Shown piece after piece: positions 1 through 10,122 of a DNA stretch of 64,000 bases (its first letter is position 1; each line of letters begins with the position of its first letter). The stretch spans positions 15,562-79,561 of the forward strand of contig JBJETJ010000032.1 of the NCBI GenBank assembly GCA_051883255.1. The letters run 5' to 3'. The DNA comes from Treponema sp. (GTDB lineage Bacteria; Spirochaetota; Spirochaetia; Treponematales; Treponemataceae). A program made the position numbers and the translations under genes. Below the pieces are notes generated by a model, which had not been told where the DNA came from, searched no databases, and saw only the letters and a program-made list of their open reading frames with translations.

Positions 1-2
1 TT

Positions 3-1559
3 ATTGAAGCAATTCAATATGGTGATCAACCCGAAGTAAAAGCTCGTCTTGAAAAAGATATAGATTTAAGTTTTGATCCAGAACATTTAAAAGAACTTAT
101 TGAACAGAATGCTTTGGCTAGTCAGGCTTTAACAAATACAGATATTTATAAAATAAAAGAAGAAATGGATAAGGCAGAAGCTCGTAAATTACAGCCTTAT
201 TATATCAGAGACTTCTTTGTAAATGCATTTAATTATTTGAATGGTTCTTATAGACAAGTTCATTCTGAACCAGGACGTTATGAAATTAAACATGTTCCGG
301 CTATTATAATTGAAACTTATCGTCAATTAAAAGAACAGAATAAAAGACATGTTGATTCAAACCCTGTTCAGCAGAAATATGAACGCGTTTGCTTTGAAAA
401 AAATGGAATCCGTATAAAGAATAATCCTGATGCTGCTGTTGCAGAGTTGCTCCATCCTGATCATCCGCTTATGTACAGTTTAACTCAAACAATTGAACAT
501 AAATTTGAAAATCTTTTAAAACAAGGAACTGTTTTCTTGACAAAGAATGAATATACAGAAACACCTTATGTTCTTTATATGTTTACTCATGAAATTAAGG
601 ACGGAACAGGTGCTGTAATTTCTAAAAGATTCCAGTTTGTACGAATGAATCCAGATGGAACAACGGCAGATGCCGGGTATGCTCCTCATTTGGATTTGTT
701 GCCATACCCAGAAGACAAACAGTATTTACTTAAGAATATACTTGCAGAAGACTGGCTTAAAAATAATTTTGGTGACAGAGCAATTCAGACAGCAGTAGAA
801 AAATCTGTTCCAGAACACTATGAAGAAGTTGCGAAACAAAAGAAAGAATACATTAAAAAAGTAAAAGCCCTTGTCCATGAACGCCTTACAACTGAAATTA
901 ATTATCAGAATAAGATGTATCAGGAACAATATAAAAAAGGTGACAAAGGAAATGCTGCACAAACAGAACGTCGTATAGAAGAACTTAACGCCCGCCTTGA
1001 AGGTCGTAAGAAGCTTTTAGATAAACAGGCTGATATTGTAAACCAACAGCCAGTTTTAATTGGAGCGGCATTAGTTGTTACACAACAACAGATAGATATT
1101 CTTGAGCATGGAATGAATGGTGCAAATGACGTACCAAAAGACTATGGCGTAGATGCAAAAACAAGAAAAGAAATTGAACTTATAGGAATGAAAGCCGTAA
1201 ACGATATTGAAATAAAATCCGGAAATATAGTTCATGATGTATCAAAAAATAACTGTGGTTGGGATATTACTTCAACTCCAGCATCGAATGGAAAAAATGT
1301 TCCAGACAATATGCTTATAGAAGTAAAAGCTCGAGTAAGTTCAAATGATGTAATTACAGTCACACACAATGAATATCTTGCAGGATTGAACAAAGGAAAA
1401 CAGTACACACTTGCAATGGTTCTTGTTAATGGAAATGACAAACATATAGAAGAAGTTTGGTATTGGAACAATCCATTTACAACTGAACTGCCAAGTGCAA
1501 TGGATCATGCTGAATTTAGTATAGAAGAAATAAAGAAATTAGGAATAAGGAAGATTTAA
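3..1559 (+). CDS. C-terminal part of SNF2-family helicase with C-terminal DUF3883-like nuclease domain (5' end lies outside the window)
   Basis: Frame is open from base 3 (IEAIQYGDQPEVKARL...) into the listed ORF at 114. RKLQPYYI..FF, PGRYEIKHVP and YERVCFEK are typical of helicases in DUF499/DUF1156 loci. The C-terminal GWDITS...IEVKAR...VTHNE fits a DUF3883/PD-(D/E)xK-like motif. Confidence 0.8.
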   Translation: MEAIQYGDQPEVKARLEKDIDLSFDPEHLKELIEQNALASQALTNTDIYKIKEEMDKAEARKLQPYYIRDFFVNAFNYLNGSYRQVHSEPGRYEIKHVPAIIIETYRQLKEQNKRHVDSNPVQQKYERVCFEKNGIRIKNNPDAAVAELLHPDHPLMYSLTQTIEHKFENLLKQGTVFLTKNEYTETPYVLYMFTHEIKDGTGAVISKRFQFVRMNPDGTTADAGYAPHLDLLPYPEDKQYLLKNILAEDWLKNNFGDRAIQTAVEKSVPEHYEEVAKQKKEYIKKVKALVHERLTTEINYQNKMYQEQYKKGDKGNAAQTERRIEELNARLEGRKKLLDKQADIVNQQPVLIGAALVVTQQQIDILEHGMNGANDVPKDYGVDAKTRKEIELIGMKAVNDIEIKSGNIVHDVSKNNCGWDITSTPASNGKNVPDNMLIEVKARVSSNDVITVTHNEYLAGLNKGKQYTLAMVLVNGNDKHIEEVWYWNNPFTTELPSAMDHAEFSIEEIKKLGIRKI

Positions 1560-1561
1560 AT

Positions 1562-2755
1562 ATGAATAATTCATTATTTGATGAAAATGAACTTTTATTT
1601 GATGGTATTAAATCAGGAGTTTCTGAAGAATATGAAGATACAACTGATATAGAACCATTTGATCCTAAGAAAATTTCTATAACAAAAAAGAATATCGCTC
1701 TTGATGTTGTTATTAGACGAATGAAACGCGGAACTATAAGACTTACACCAGATTTTCAAAGAAATGCTGTTTGGTCTGATAAACAAAAAAGTCTTTTAAT
1801 AGAATCTCTCATGTTAAATATTCCTATTCCTATGTTTTATGTTGCAGCAGATGAAGAAGGAAATTGGGATGTGGTTGATGGTCTTCAGCGACTAACATCA
1901 TTGAAAGAATATTTAATAGATAACTCACTTAAAATAAATAATCTTGAGTTCTGGAAAGAATATAAAGACAAAACCATAGATGATTTACCTCCTGTTATCT
2001 ATAACAGAATTTATGAAACAGAATTTACTTTTGTAATAATAGAGCCAAATACTCCAGAAAATGTAAAATATAATATTTTTAAACGCATTAACACAGGCGG
2101 AAAACCTTTAAGTCCTCAGGAAATTCGCAATGCACTTTATAATGGTAAAGGAACAAAACTATTACAAACTCTGGCTCATTCATATACCTTCCGCATTGCT
2201 ACGGATAACAGCATAAATGATTTGCGAATGACAGCTCAGGAATGTGTGTTACGATATTTATCTTATCTCTTAGTGGGTACTGATGGATATTTTGAAAAAG
2301 ATTTCGCAGATTCATTTTTAATTAGGAATCTTAGAATTCTGAATAATTTGGATAACATAAAGGATAAATCTAATTATGTTATGTTCAAAGATGGAAAAAA
2401 TCCAAAGATTCTTGTGAATTCTTACGATGAGCTTATAGATCTGTTTAATAAAGGTCTAAAGAGAAATAAAGACTTTTTTGAAAAAGATGCATTCCGCTTA
2501 ATGTCTATAAAAACAAAGAAAAGAACTCCAATTAACAGGGCTTTACTTGAAACATTAGGAACTTTATTTGCAAGATTGAGCGATGATGACTTTAAAAAAC
2601 TCTTAACGCTAAAAGAAGCCTTCTTGGAAAAATATGAGAAAGTAAGAATAACAAATGAATTCTATAGAGCTGTTTCAAGAGATCCTTGGACGAAAGAAAA
2701 TGTAGACTATAGATTCAAAGTATTTGAGAAAATAATTCAGGAGACAATACAATGA
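1562..2755 (+). CDS. DUF262 (ParB-like) protein, Menshen NsnA-like
   Basis: DUF262 motifs PDFQRNAVW, IESLMLNIPIP, VVDGLQRLT, FKRINTGGKPL; coupled to the next gene by an ATGA overlap. Confidence 0.8.
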   Translation: MNNSLFDENELLFDGIKSGVSEEYEDTTDIEPFDPKKISITKKNIALDVVIRRMKRGTIRLTPDFQRNAVWSDKQKSLLIESLMLNIPIPMFYVAADEEGNWDVVDGLQRLTSLKEYLIDNSLKINNLEFWKEYKDKTIDDLPPVIYNRIYETEFTFVIIEPNTPENVKYNIFKRINTGGKPLSPQEIRNALYNGKGTKLLQTLAHSYTFRIATDNSINDLRMTAQECVLRYLSYLLVGTDGYFEKDFADSFLIRNLRILNNLDNIKDKSNYVMFKDGKNPKILVNSYDELIDLFNKGLKRNKDFFEKDAFRLMSIKTKKRTPINRALLETLGTLFARLSDDDFKKLLTLKEAFLEKYEKVRITNEFYRAVSRDPWTKENVDYRFKVFEKIIQETIQ

Positions 2756-3789
2756 TAACCAAATTAACACTTAAGAACTTCAAATCTTTCTTAGAAAGAA
2801 CGATAGATTTTTCTCCTCTAACTGTCCTTACTGGTATGAATGGCGCTGGAAAAAGTTCTGTTATCCAAGCAATTCGAATGATTCAGAAAAGCTGTGGCGA
2901 TGGACAAGGAAATCCAATTCTTGATGATCATGTTATGCCTAATCAGTTAAAAACAAAACTTACAAAAGATGACTTTTACTTACTTTCATTTATTAAAGAT
3001 GGAAATACATATACAACAGAAGTAAATGAAATAGAATCTGATTCTTATGGTTTTGCAGCTGATGATGGTCACAGAAAAAATGAACTTACTTGTATTTCTT
3101 ATCTTTCTGCAGACAGATATGGTCCAAAAAATCAGCTTCCTGCTGGAAATACGAAAGAAATAAGTGATGTTGGAAATCTGGGTGAATTTGTAATTTCTTT
3201 TCTCGATAAATTCCAATATTCAAAGGTTCCTGAAAAATTACGTCTAAATTCAGATGATGAAAACCTTTTGGACAATACTAATTCATGGCTCAAGGTTATT
3301 TCGAAAGACTCTCTTTTAACTTACGAAAAAAATCAATCACAAAACGTTTACTATCCATTTTATAATGGAATTGTACCTAGTGAAACTGGCTATGGTTTAA
3401 GTTTTACGCTCCCTGTTATTGTTTCACTTTTGTTTACAGATGATAAAAATGTTGAACGCATTTTGTTGATTGAAAATCCAGAAGCACATCTTCATCCAGC
3501 AGCACAAACTGCTTTAGGAAAATTAATTGCTTTGGCCGCAGCAAATGGGAAACAAGTGATTATAGAAACTCATAGTAACCACATAATAGATGGAATTCGT
3601 ATTGCTGCTAAACAAGGAAATATAAAAGCTTCGGATGTAAAATTCCATTTCTTCCGTCGAGATAGTTTTGAAGAAGAATCTACTGTAGAAACACCAGAAT
3701 TGTATCAAGATGGAAAACTTTCTTTCTGGCCAGAAGGCTTTTTTGACCAGGGATTAAAAGACAAAGCTTTGCTTGCGAGGAAAATGTAA
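2752..3789 (+). CDS. ABC-like ATPase with C-terminal DUF3696, Menshen NsnB-like
   Basis: Walker A LTGMNGAGKSS, signature GYGLS, Walker B LLIENPEAHLHP, H-loop IETHS, C-terminal WPEGFFDQ. Confidence 0.85.
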   Translation: MITKLTLKNFKSFLERTIDFSPLTVLTGMNGAGKSSVIQAIRMIQKSCGDGQGNPILDDHVMPNQLKTKLTKDDFYLLSFIKDGNTYTTEVNEIESDSYGFAADDGHRKNELTCISYLSADRYGPKNQLPAGNTKEISDVGNLGEFVISFLDKFQYSKVPEKLRLNSDDENLLDNTNSWLKVISKDSLLTYEKNQSQNVYYPFYNGIVPSETGYGLSFTLPVIVSLLFTDDKNVERILLIENPEAHLHPAAQTALGKLIALAAANGKQVIIETHSNHIIDGIRIAAKQGNIKASDVKFHFFRRDSFEEESTVETPELYQDGKLSFWPEGFFDQGLKDKALLARKM

Positions 3790-4523
3790 TGACTGATTTT
3801 GTTTTTAATTCGGCATCCATACCTCTGACAGATAAAACTTTGGCTCAGAGTACAACTGACGACGTTTTTCTTGCACTAACAAATTATATTGGAGATAATG
3901 CCAAGCCTAAACTCTTTTTTGCTTCTGAACTAGATGATATTTTTCTTGCAGAAAACTTTTCATTTCAGAATTATAGTGATGATTTAATTACTCGAAACAG
4001 AGAACTAGCAGACTTTATATCAGAGTTTGGAGAATATTTTTCGACTTTTAAGACTAGTACAGTTTTTCAACAAAAAACAGTAAAAGTTGGCGATGATACT
4101 AGATTTTCCGATGATGACTCTTTGAAATATGCATGTTTGAACAACAATATTCTTGTAAGTGTTTCTGAAGAGCATATTTGGCAAAGAAACAGAATAAAGT
4201 TTTGTTTAATTGATAATGTCAAAATCGAGTATGAACTTTACAACTTGTTTTCCTCAGATTTTTCATATTTACCTATTGAGTTACCACCATTTTCACTTTC
4301 AGATAAAACTCGATTTAGAAAAACAAATTTTTTTCATGAAAAACAAGCGATTTATCAAGATCTGCAAACAGGATATTACTGGTATAACGACTATTTTCAC
4401 AAAGATAATAAGGCTCACTTTGAAGTCTTTGACAAAACAGGTAATCACATAGCAGAAGCAAGTATGTCTGGAACAATAGATTATTCCAAAGCCGACAGCA
4501 ACAAACATATTCAAGTAAATTAG
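3789..4523 (+). CDS. Putative effector, Menshen NsnC-like, with possible colicin-E3-type RNase C-terminus
   Basis: Third gene of the DUF262/DUF3696 triplet with stop/start overlap. C-terminal WYNDYFH...HFEVFDKTGNHIAE resembles the colicin E3 cytotoxic domain pattern (W-D-x-x-H...E...G-x-H). Assigned by eye. Confidence 0.5.
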   Translation: MTDFVFNSASIPLTDKTLAQSTTDDVFLALTNYIGDNAKPKLFFASELDDIFLAENFSFQNYSDDLITRNRELADFISEFGEYFSTFKTSTVFQQKTVKVGDDTRFSDDDSLKYACLNNNILVSVSEEHIWQRNRIKFCLIDNVKIEYELYNLFSSDFSYLPIELPPFSLSDKTRFRKTNFFHEKQAIYQDLQTGYYWYNDYFHKDNKAHFEVFDKTGNHIAEASMSGTIDYSKADSNKHIQVN

Positions 4524-4541
4524 ATTATAGGAGCCACAACA

Positions 4542-7442
4542 ATGCCAGAATATCAAATAAAATCACCAAAAAAACTTATAGAAGTTGCATTGCCTCTTGA
4601 TGATATAAATGAAGCAAGTGCTCGTGAGAAATCTATTCGACACGGACATCCAAGTACTTTGCACTTGTGGTGGGCACGTCGTCCTCTTGCAAGTGCGAGA
4701 GCTGTAATTTTTGCACAGATGGTAAATGACCCGCTATGGCGTTTTGAAATGGAAGGTAAAACACCTAGTCCGCAGGAAAAATCTGCTGCAACAAAAAAGC
4801 GTGAGAAGCTTTTTAAGATAATACGTGAACTTGTAAAATGGGAAAATACGACTAATGAAGATGTCCTAAATGAAGCTCGAGAAGAAATAAGAGCCAGTTG
4901 GAAAGAAACATGTGAATTAAACAAAGACCATCCAGAAGCAAAAACGCTTTTTAATCCTGATGTATTACCGGCTTTTCATGACCCGTTTGCTGGTGGCGGT
5001 GCTTTACCGCTTGAGGCTCAAAGACTTGGGCTTGAAAGTTATGCAAGCGATTTGAATCCTGTGCCTGTTATGATTAACAAGGCTATGATAGAAATACCAC
5101 CTCTATTTGCTAATCAAAGACCTGTTCATCCAATAGCAGAAGATACTGTCTGGTATGAAGAAAAAAGAGATTACAAAGGTGCACAAGGTTTAGCAGAAGA
5201 TGTTGCCTATTATGGAAAATGGATGCGTGATGAAGCAGAAAAGAAAATAGGACATCTTTATCCAAAAGTAAAAATAACACAAAAAATGGTTGATGAGAGA
5301 CCAGATTTAAGACAATACTTGAATAAAGAATTAACAGTAATTGCATATATCTGGGCTAGAACTGTCAAAAGTCCAAATCCTGCATTTAAGGAAGTAGATG
5401 TTCCTCTTTCTAGTTCATTTGTATTGAGTAAGAAAAAAGATAAAGAAGCTTGGATAGAGCCTGTCGTAAATGGCAAAAAGTACACATTTAAAGTTCATTC
5501 AGGAATGTATCCTAAAAAAGCAGAAAATGGAACAAAAGCAGGAGGTCGCGGAGCAGATTTTACATGTATTGTTTCGGGTACACCTATATCTGGAAATTAT
5601 ATAAAATCAGAAGGTTGTGCAGGAAAAATGGGAGCTGTATTATTAGCTGCCGTCTGTGAGGGTACGAATGGACGAGTGTATATTTCACCCGACAATGTTC
5701 CTTTACCAAGTTCAGCTGAATACAAAATTACATGGAAGCCTGAAGGAAAAATACCTGCAAGACTTACAGGCGGAACATGTGTCCCATATGGTTTAGATGA
5801 ATGGTATAAAATTTTTACAAATAGACAACTTACTACTCTCGATACATTCTCAGATTTAATTCCAATCTTGATTTCAAAAATAAAGAGTGATGCAGTTAAA
5901 CATGGACTTTTAGATGATAATAAAGGAATTGAACAATTAGGAAAAGGAGCAACAGCTTATGCACAAGCTTTGGCAGTTTATTTGAGTTTTGCTATTGATA
6001 AATTATCAGACTCTAATTCAGCTTTAGCAAGCTGGACTCCATTGCGTGATACAATGAGAAATACTTTTGGAAGACAAGCATTGCCAATGGTTTGGGATTT
6101 TGCAGAAGTAAATCCTTTTTCTGAATCAACAGGAAACTTTTCAAATTGTCTAGATTGGATTGAAAAGTGTTTTGCTTCATTTTATACCTCTTCATTAGGC
6201 TCTGTAAAACAAGCTCCGGCACAAACCCAAACAATTTCAACTAATAAAGTAATTTCGACAGATCCTCCGTATTATGATAATATAGAATATAGTTCTCTTT
6301 CTGATTTTTTCTATGTTTGGATGAGGCATAATTTAAGAAATATTTATCCTGCATTATTTTCAACAATTGCAACTCCAAAAAAAGAAGAACTCATAGCAGT
6401 TTCGTATCGTCATGATTCTAAAGAATCTGCAGAATTGTTTTTCTTAAATGGTATGACGGAAGTAATGGCAAATCTAGCAAATATTAGTAATTCAGCTTTT
6501 CCTGTAACTATATATTATGCATTCAAACAATCAGAAACTTCTGACAGTGGAGCAACATCAAGTACGGGTTGGGAAACATTTTTACAAGCCGTAATAAATG
6601 CAGGTTTTTCAGTAAACGGAACTTGGCCAATGAGAACAGAACGTGAAGGAAGAATGATTGGAGTTGGAACAAATGCTCTCGCATCCTCAATCGTCCTCGT
6701 ATGCCGTCGTCGTTCAGAAAATGCAATAGAAGTCAGTCGTCGTTACTTCCTTCGTGAACTCAAAAAAGTAATGGACGAAGCAAAAGAAGTAATGACACAA
6801 GGAGATGAAACAACATCTCCTGTTGCACCAGTAGACTTGAGTCAGGCAATTATAGGTCCAGGTATGGCCGTATTCAGCAAATATAAAGCCGTCCTCGAAG
6901 CAGATGGTTCTGCAATGAATGTAAAAGAAGCCTTAAAACTCATTAACCGTTATATGGAAGAAGACGACTTTGATGCTAATACGCTGTTCTGCAAAGATTG
7001 GTATGCACAATATGGCTGGAATGAAGGCTTATATGGCGAAGCGGATGTTCTTGCTCGAGCTAAAAATGCAAGCATTCAGATACTTCAGGCAAATGGAACA
7101 ATAATAAGTGGACAAGGAAAAGTTCAGCTTACATCTTGGAAAGACTACAAGAATACAAATGAAATACTTGTAAACTCAACACTTAGTACCTGGAATCTGC
7201 TTCATCAGTTTATTCACGAGCTTAATTTGCATGGCACTGAAGGTGCAGCTGAAGTTTACGTCCGTTATAATAACAGAACAGCAGATGTAAGAAGTCTTGC
7301 TTATACAATGTACACACTCTGCGAGCGCAGCGACCGTGCTGAAGATGCCCGAGTTTATAATGAACTTATTATTGCCTGGGATGATATTGAAGCGGCAAGT
7401 TCTAGCGTAGTTGTTAATAATCAGCCGACATTGTTTGATTAA
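4542..7442 (+). CDS. DUF1156 adenine-specific DNA methyltransferase
   Basis: N-terminal KKLIEVALPL...LHLWWARRPLA hallmark; SAM-binding DPFAGGG; catalytic TDPPYYDNI. Confidence 0.92.
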   Translation: MPEYQIKSPKKLIEVALPLDDINEASAREKSIRHGHPSTLHLWWARRPLASARAVIFAQMVNDPLWRFEMEGKTPSPQEKSAATKKREKLFKIIRELVKWENTTNEDVLNEAREEIRASWKETCELNKDHPEAKTLFNPDVLPAFHDPFAGGGALPLEAQRLGLESYASDLNPVPVMINKAMIEIPPLFANQRPVHPIAEDTVWYEEKRDYKGAQGLAEDVAYYGKWMRDEAEKKIGHLYPKVKITQKMVDERPDLRQYLNKELTVIAYIWARTVKSPNPAFKEVDVPLSSSFVLSKKKDKEAWIEPVVNGKKYTFKVHSGMYPKKAENGTKAGGRGADFTCIVSGTPISGNYIKSEGCAGKMGAVLLAAVCEGTNGRVYISPDNVPLPSSAEYKITWKPEGKIPARLTGGTCVPYGLDEWYKIFTNRQLTTLDTFSDLIPILISKIKSDAVKHGLLDDNKGIEQLGKGATAYAQALAVYLSFAIDKLSDSNSALASWTPLRDTMRNTFGRQALPMVWDFAEVNPFSESTGNFSNCLDWIEKCFASFYTSSLGSVKQAPAQTQTISTNKVISTDPPYYDNIEYSSLSDFFYVWMRHNLRNIYPALFSTIATPKKEELIAVSYRHDSKESAELFFLNGMTEVMANLANISNSAFPVTIYYAFKQSETSDSGATSSTGWETFLQAVINAGFSVNGTWPMRTEREGRMIGVGTNALASSIVLVCRRRSENAIEVSRRYFLRELKKVMDEAKEVMTQGDETTSPVAPVDLSQAIIGPGMAVFSKYKAVLEADGSAMNVKEALKLINRYMEEDDFDANTLFCKDWYAQYGWNEGLYGEADVLARAKNASIQILQANGTIISGQGKVQLTSWKDYKNTNEILVNSTLSTWNLLHQFIHELNLHGTEGAAEVYVRYNNRTADVRSLAYTMYTLCERSDRAEDARVYNELIIAWDDIEAASSSVVVNNQPTLFD

Positions 7443-7466
7443 ACTGTAAATAAGGAGAAAAAAAAT

Positions 7467-10106
7467 ATGTTACCTAGCTATATTGAAGAAGAAAGGAAAA
7501 ATTACAGAATGACTCCAAATGCTTTTCAAAAAAGCCACAAAATAATTCATTTTACAATTACAATAATGAAATACATTACGATTTATACGTATTTCAAACT
7601 TGTTGATGAAGATTCTCCTAAATTGAAAAATATTAAAAAACTTATTTGTGATATTTTTCTTAGACCAACTGAAGGACAATGGATTAATTTATTTGAACAG
7701 GTAATTCTTGCAGATAATGAAGTAAAGAAAAATATAAAAACGACTTTATCCAAAGATAATGATACTTTACTTAATAAGCTCTGTTATACTTTTATTTCTA
7801 AGGATATAAGACCAAATCAAAATAATATACAAGATTTTTTCCAAAGAATTATAAAAATAAAAAATGGATTTGTATCCCATGGAATACTAACTGAAGATAA
7901 TTCAGATTTCTTTGTAGAAAATATTGAACCTATATTAGATGAAGTATTAAGTAAAACAGAATGCTTATTAAATCCTGAATTATTTATGGTTAATTCATCT
8001 TCCAATGAAATCATACCATACAATGATATTGAAATTGATGAAAGTAAATATAATTTCGATGATGTTGAAGATGATGGCCTTTATCTATCTATTAAACATA
8101 GACTTTTATATGCAAGTCCTTTTTTAATTTGTCGTGATGGTGATATTCTCATATACGATAGTTTTGATAATAGAACGCACAAAGTTAATTATATTCGTGG
8201 TGCACAAAAAACTTATATTCATACTGATGTTGATACTTTACCTGAACTTTTTAGAATTGATTACAATTATTTAAATGCTAAACCTCTAGATATTCAAGTA
8301 AAATGTACAAATGGAGTTTCTCATAACTTACCAAATGCTGAATATGAAAAATTTGTTGGCCGTAGAAAAGAAATTGAAGAATTATCAACAGCATTAAAAC
8401 ATAGACGCCATTTTATTACAGCACTTGATGGGATTGGTGGTGTAGGAAAAACAGCTATTGCTGTACATTGTTGTGAAGAATTATTGGAACATAATCAGGA
8501 AGATCCTTTTGAATACATCGTATGGCTTTCTGCAAAAAATACCCGTTTACAAAATGGTAAAATTATTCAACTTGAGCAATCATTTGAGCATTTAGGGCAA
8601 TTGCTTGATACAATCTTAATTGTACTTGGATTCAATGAATATATTTCAATGGATAATTTGAGAGAAAAAATTAAGACTGTAAATGAATTACTAGAACAAA
8701 CCAAAATACTTTTAGTTTTGGATAACTTGGAAACAATTAAAACTGATAAACTGGAAGCAATATGGGACTTTATTAATAATATTCCTGATCCATCAAAAGT
8801 ATTGCTCACTAGCCGTGAGTTTCCACAGAGCGTTCCTCAGACAATACGAATTGAGAACCTATCTGAAGAAGATTCTTATCAGTTAATTGAACAATTTTCA
8901 TCAGAAATTAATATTAGCCCTTCTTATTTGCAAGGAATAAAAAAGGATGTTTACAAACTTTCTTCAGGATTACCAATTGTTATAAAAAGTATTCTAGGTC
9001 AAATTAAACTTGAGAAAAATATTGGCATTATTAAGAGAGAAATCGAAAATAATACAGAGAATATTTCAAAATTCTGTTTTGAACAGCAACTCCGTATGTT
9101 GGATAAAGATCAAAAAACTGTAATTATTGCACTTTGTTTATCAACAGAAATATTGAATCATGACGCACTTCAATTAGTTGTTGGTGATTTGATTACTAAT
9201 AATTTGGTTGATGTAGTTCAAAATCTTAGAAACTTCTCAATTATTAAAATTAGTAATACTTTGGAGCAAACTGAATATACAATCCTTTCTATTATTAAAA
9301 ACTATGCTTTAAATTTTTTTAAAGAGAGTGAACTTATTAATGAAGTTCAAAAGAGATTAACCGAATACTACGAACTTAAAGAAGTTGAAAACTATGCATT
9401 GTTACCCATTGAAGCTGAGCACATTTCTTGTGAGGCATTGATACCAAGAAAGATTGTCGATAAAGCTATGAACTATGCAAATTCTGGAGAACTTGAACAA
9501 GCTGATTTAATGTTTAAAAAAGCAACAAAAGAGTATTCTTTAGAACCATATACTTGGTATATGTATGCACAGTTTAATGCACAATACGAAGGTAAATATA
9601 AAGATGCAATCAATGCTCTTAAGAAAGCAAGTTCTCTTGAAAGTAATTATCTTTATTTAAAGAAAATGGGTGATTATTATTTAAAACTTGCAAATCAACT
9701 TGAATCGATAAAATGTTATGAAGAAGCTTATAACATTGCAAAAGAAGAAAGAAATAAATCCGAAATGCTATATCTTCTTTCTACAGCACAATTTAATTAT
9801 GTAAAAGTTTTACGTAAGCGTATGAAAAATCAGAGTTTTGATAATGAAGGAATTAAACAAGAACGTAATTCTTTGTATCAGCAGATTATTAATAATCTTG
9901 AAAAGTATATTTCAATACAACCACATATCTATGATGGTAAAAAGGAGAAAATCTATCGTATACTTGCAGAATCATATTTTGGTTTGAAAACATACGATGA
10001 TGCTTTAAGAAATATAGAAATGGCTATTGAAATCTCAAATAATAATCCTTATCAAATTAGATATAGAGATTTTATTAAAGAAACACTTATAAATGGTAAT
10101 TTCTAG
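7467..10106 (+). CDS. STAND/NB-ARC NTPase with C-terminal TPRs and an N-terminal HEPN-like domain (NLR-like)
   Basis: FVGR..E pre-P-loop motif, Walker A GIGGVGKT (8430-8453), Walker B LLVLDNLE, sensor LLTSRE, GLPIVI motif, helical TPR-like C-terminus; KNGFVSHG at 7860-7883. Confidence 0.8.
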   Translation: MLPSYIEEERKNYRMTPNAFQKSHKIIHFTITIMKYITIYTYFKLVDEDSPKLKNIKKLICDIFLRPTEGQWINLFEQVILADNEVKKNIKTTLSKDNDTLLNKLCYTFISKDIRPNQNNIQDFFQRIIKIKNGFVSHGILTEDNSDFFVENIEPILDEVLSKTECLLNPELFMVNSSSNEIIPYNDIEIDESKYNFDDVEDDGLYLSIKHRLLYASPFLICRDGDILIYDSFDNRTHKVNYIRGAQKTYIHTDVDTLPELFRIDYNYLNAKPLDIQVKCTNGVSHNLPNAEYEKFVGRRKEIEELSTALKHRRHFITALDGIGGVGKTAIAVHCCEELLEHNQEDPFEYIVWLSAKNTRLQNGKIIQLEQSFEHLGQLLDTILIVLGFNEYISMDNLREKIKTVNELLEQTKILLVLDNLETIKTDKLEAIWDFINNIPDPSKVLLTSREFPQSVPQTIRIENLSEEDSYQLIEQFSSEINISPSYLQGIKKDVYKLSSGLPIVIKSILGQIKLEKNIGIIKREIENNTENISKFCFEQQLRMLDKDQKTVIIALCLSTEILNHDALQLVVGDLITNNLVDVVQNLRNFSIIKISNTLEQTEYTILSIIKNYALNFFKESELINEVQKRLTEYYELKEVENYALLPIEAEHISCEALIPRKIVDKAMNYANSGELEQADLMFKKATKEYSLEPYTWYMYAQFNAQYEGKYKDAINALKKASSLESNYLYLKKMGDYYLKLANQLESIKCYEEAYNIAKEERNKSEMLYLLSTAQFNYVKVLRKRMKNQSFDNEGIKQERNSLYQQIINNLEKYISIQPHIYDGKKEKIYRILAESYFGLKTYDDALRNIEMAIEISNNNPYQIRYRDFIKETLINGNF

Positions 10107-10122
10107 ATAAGGTAAGGTTCAT

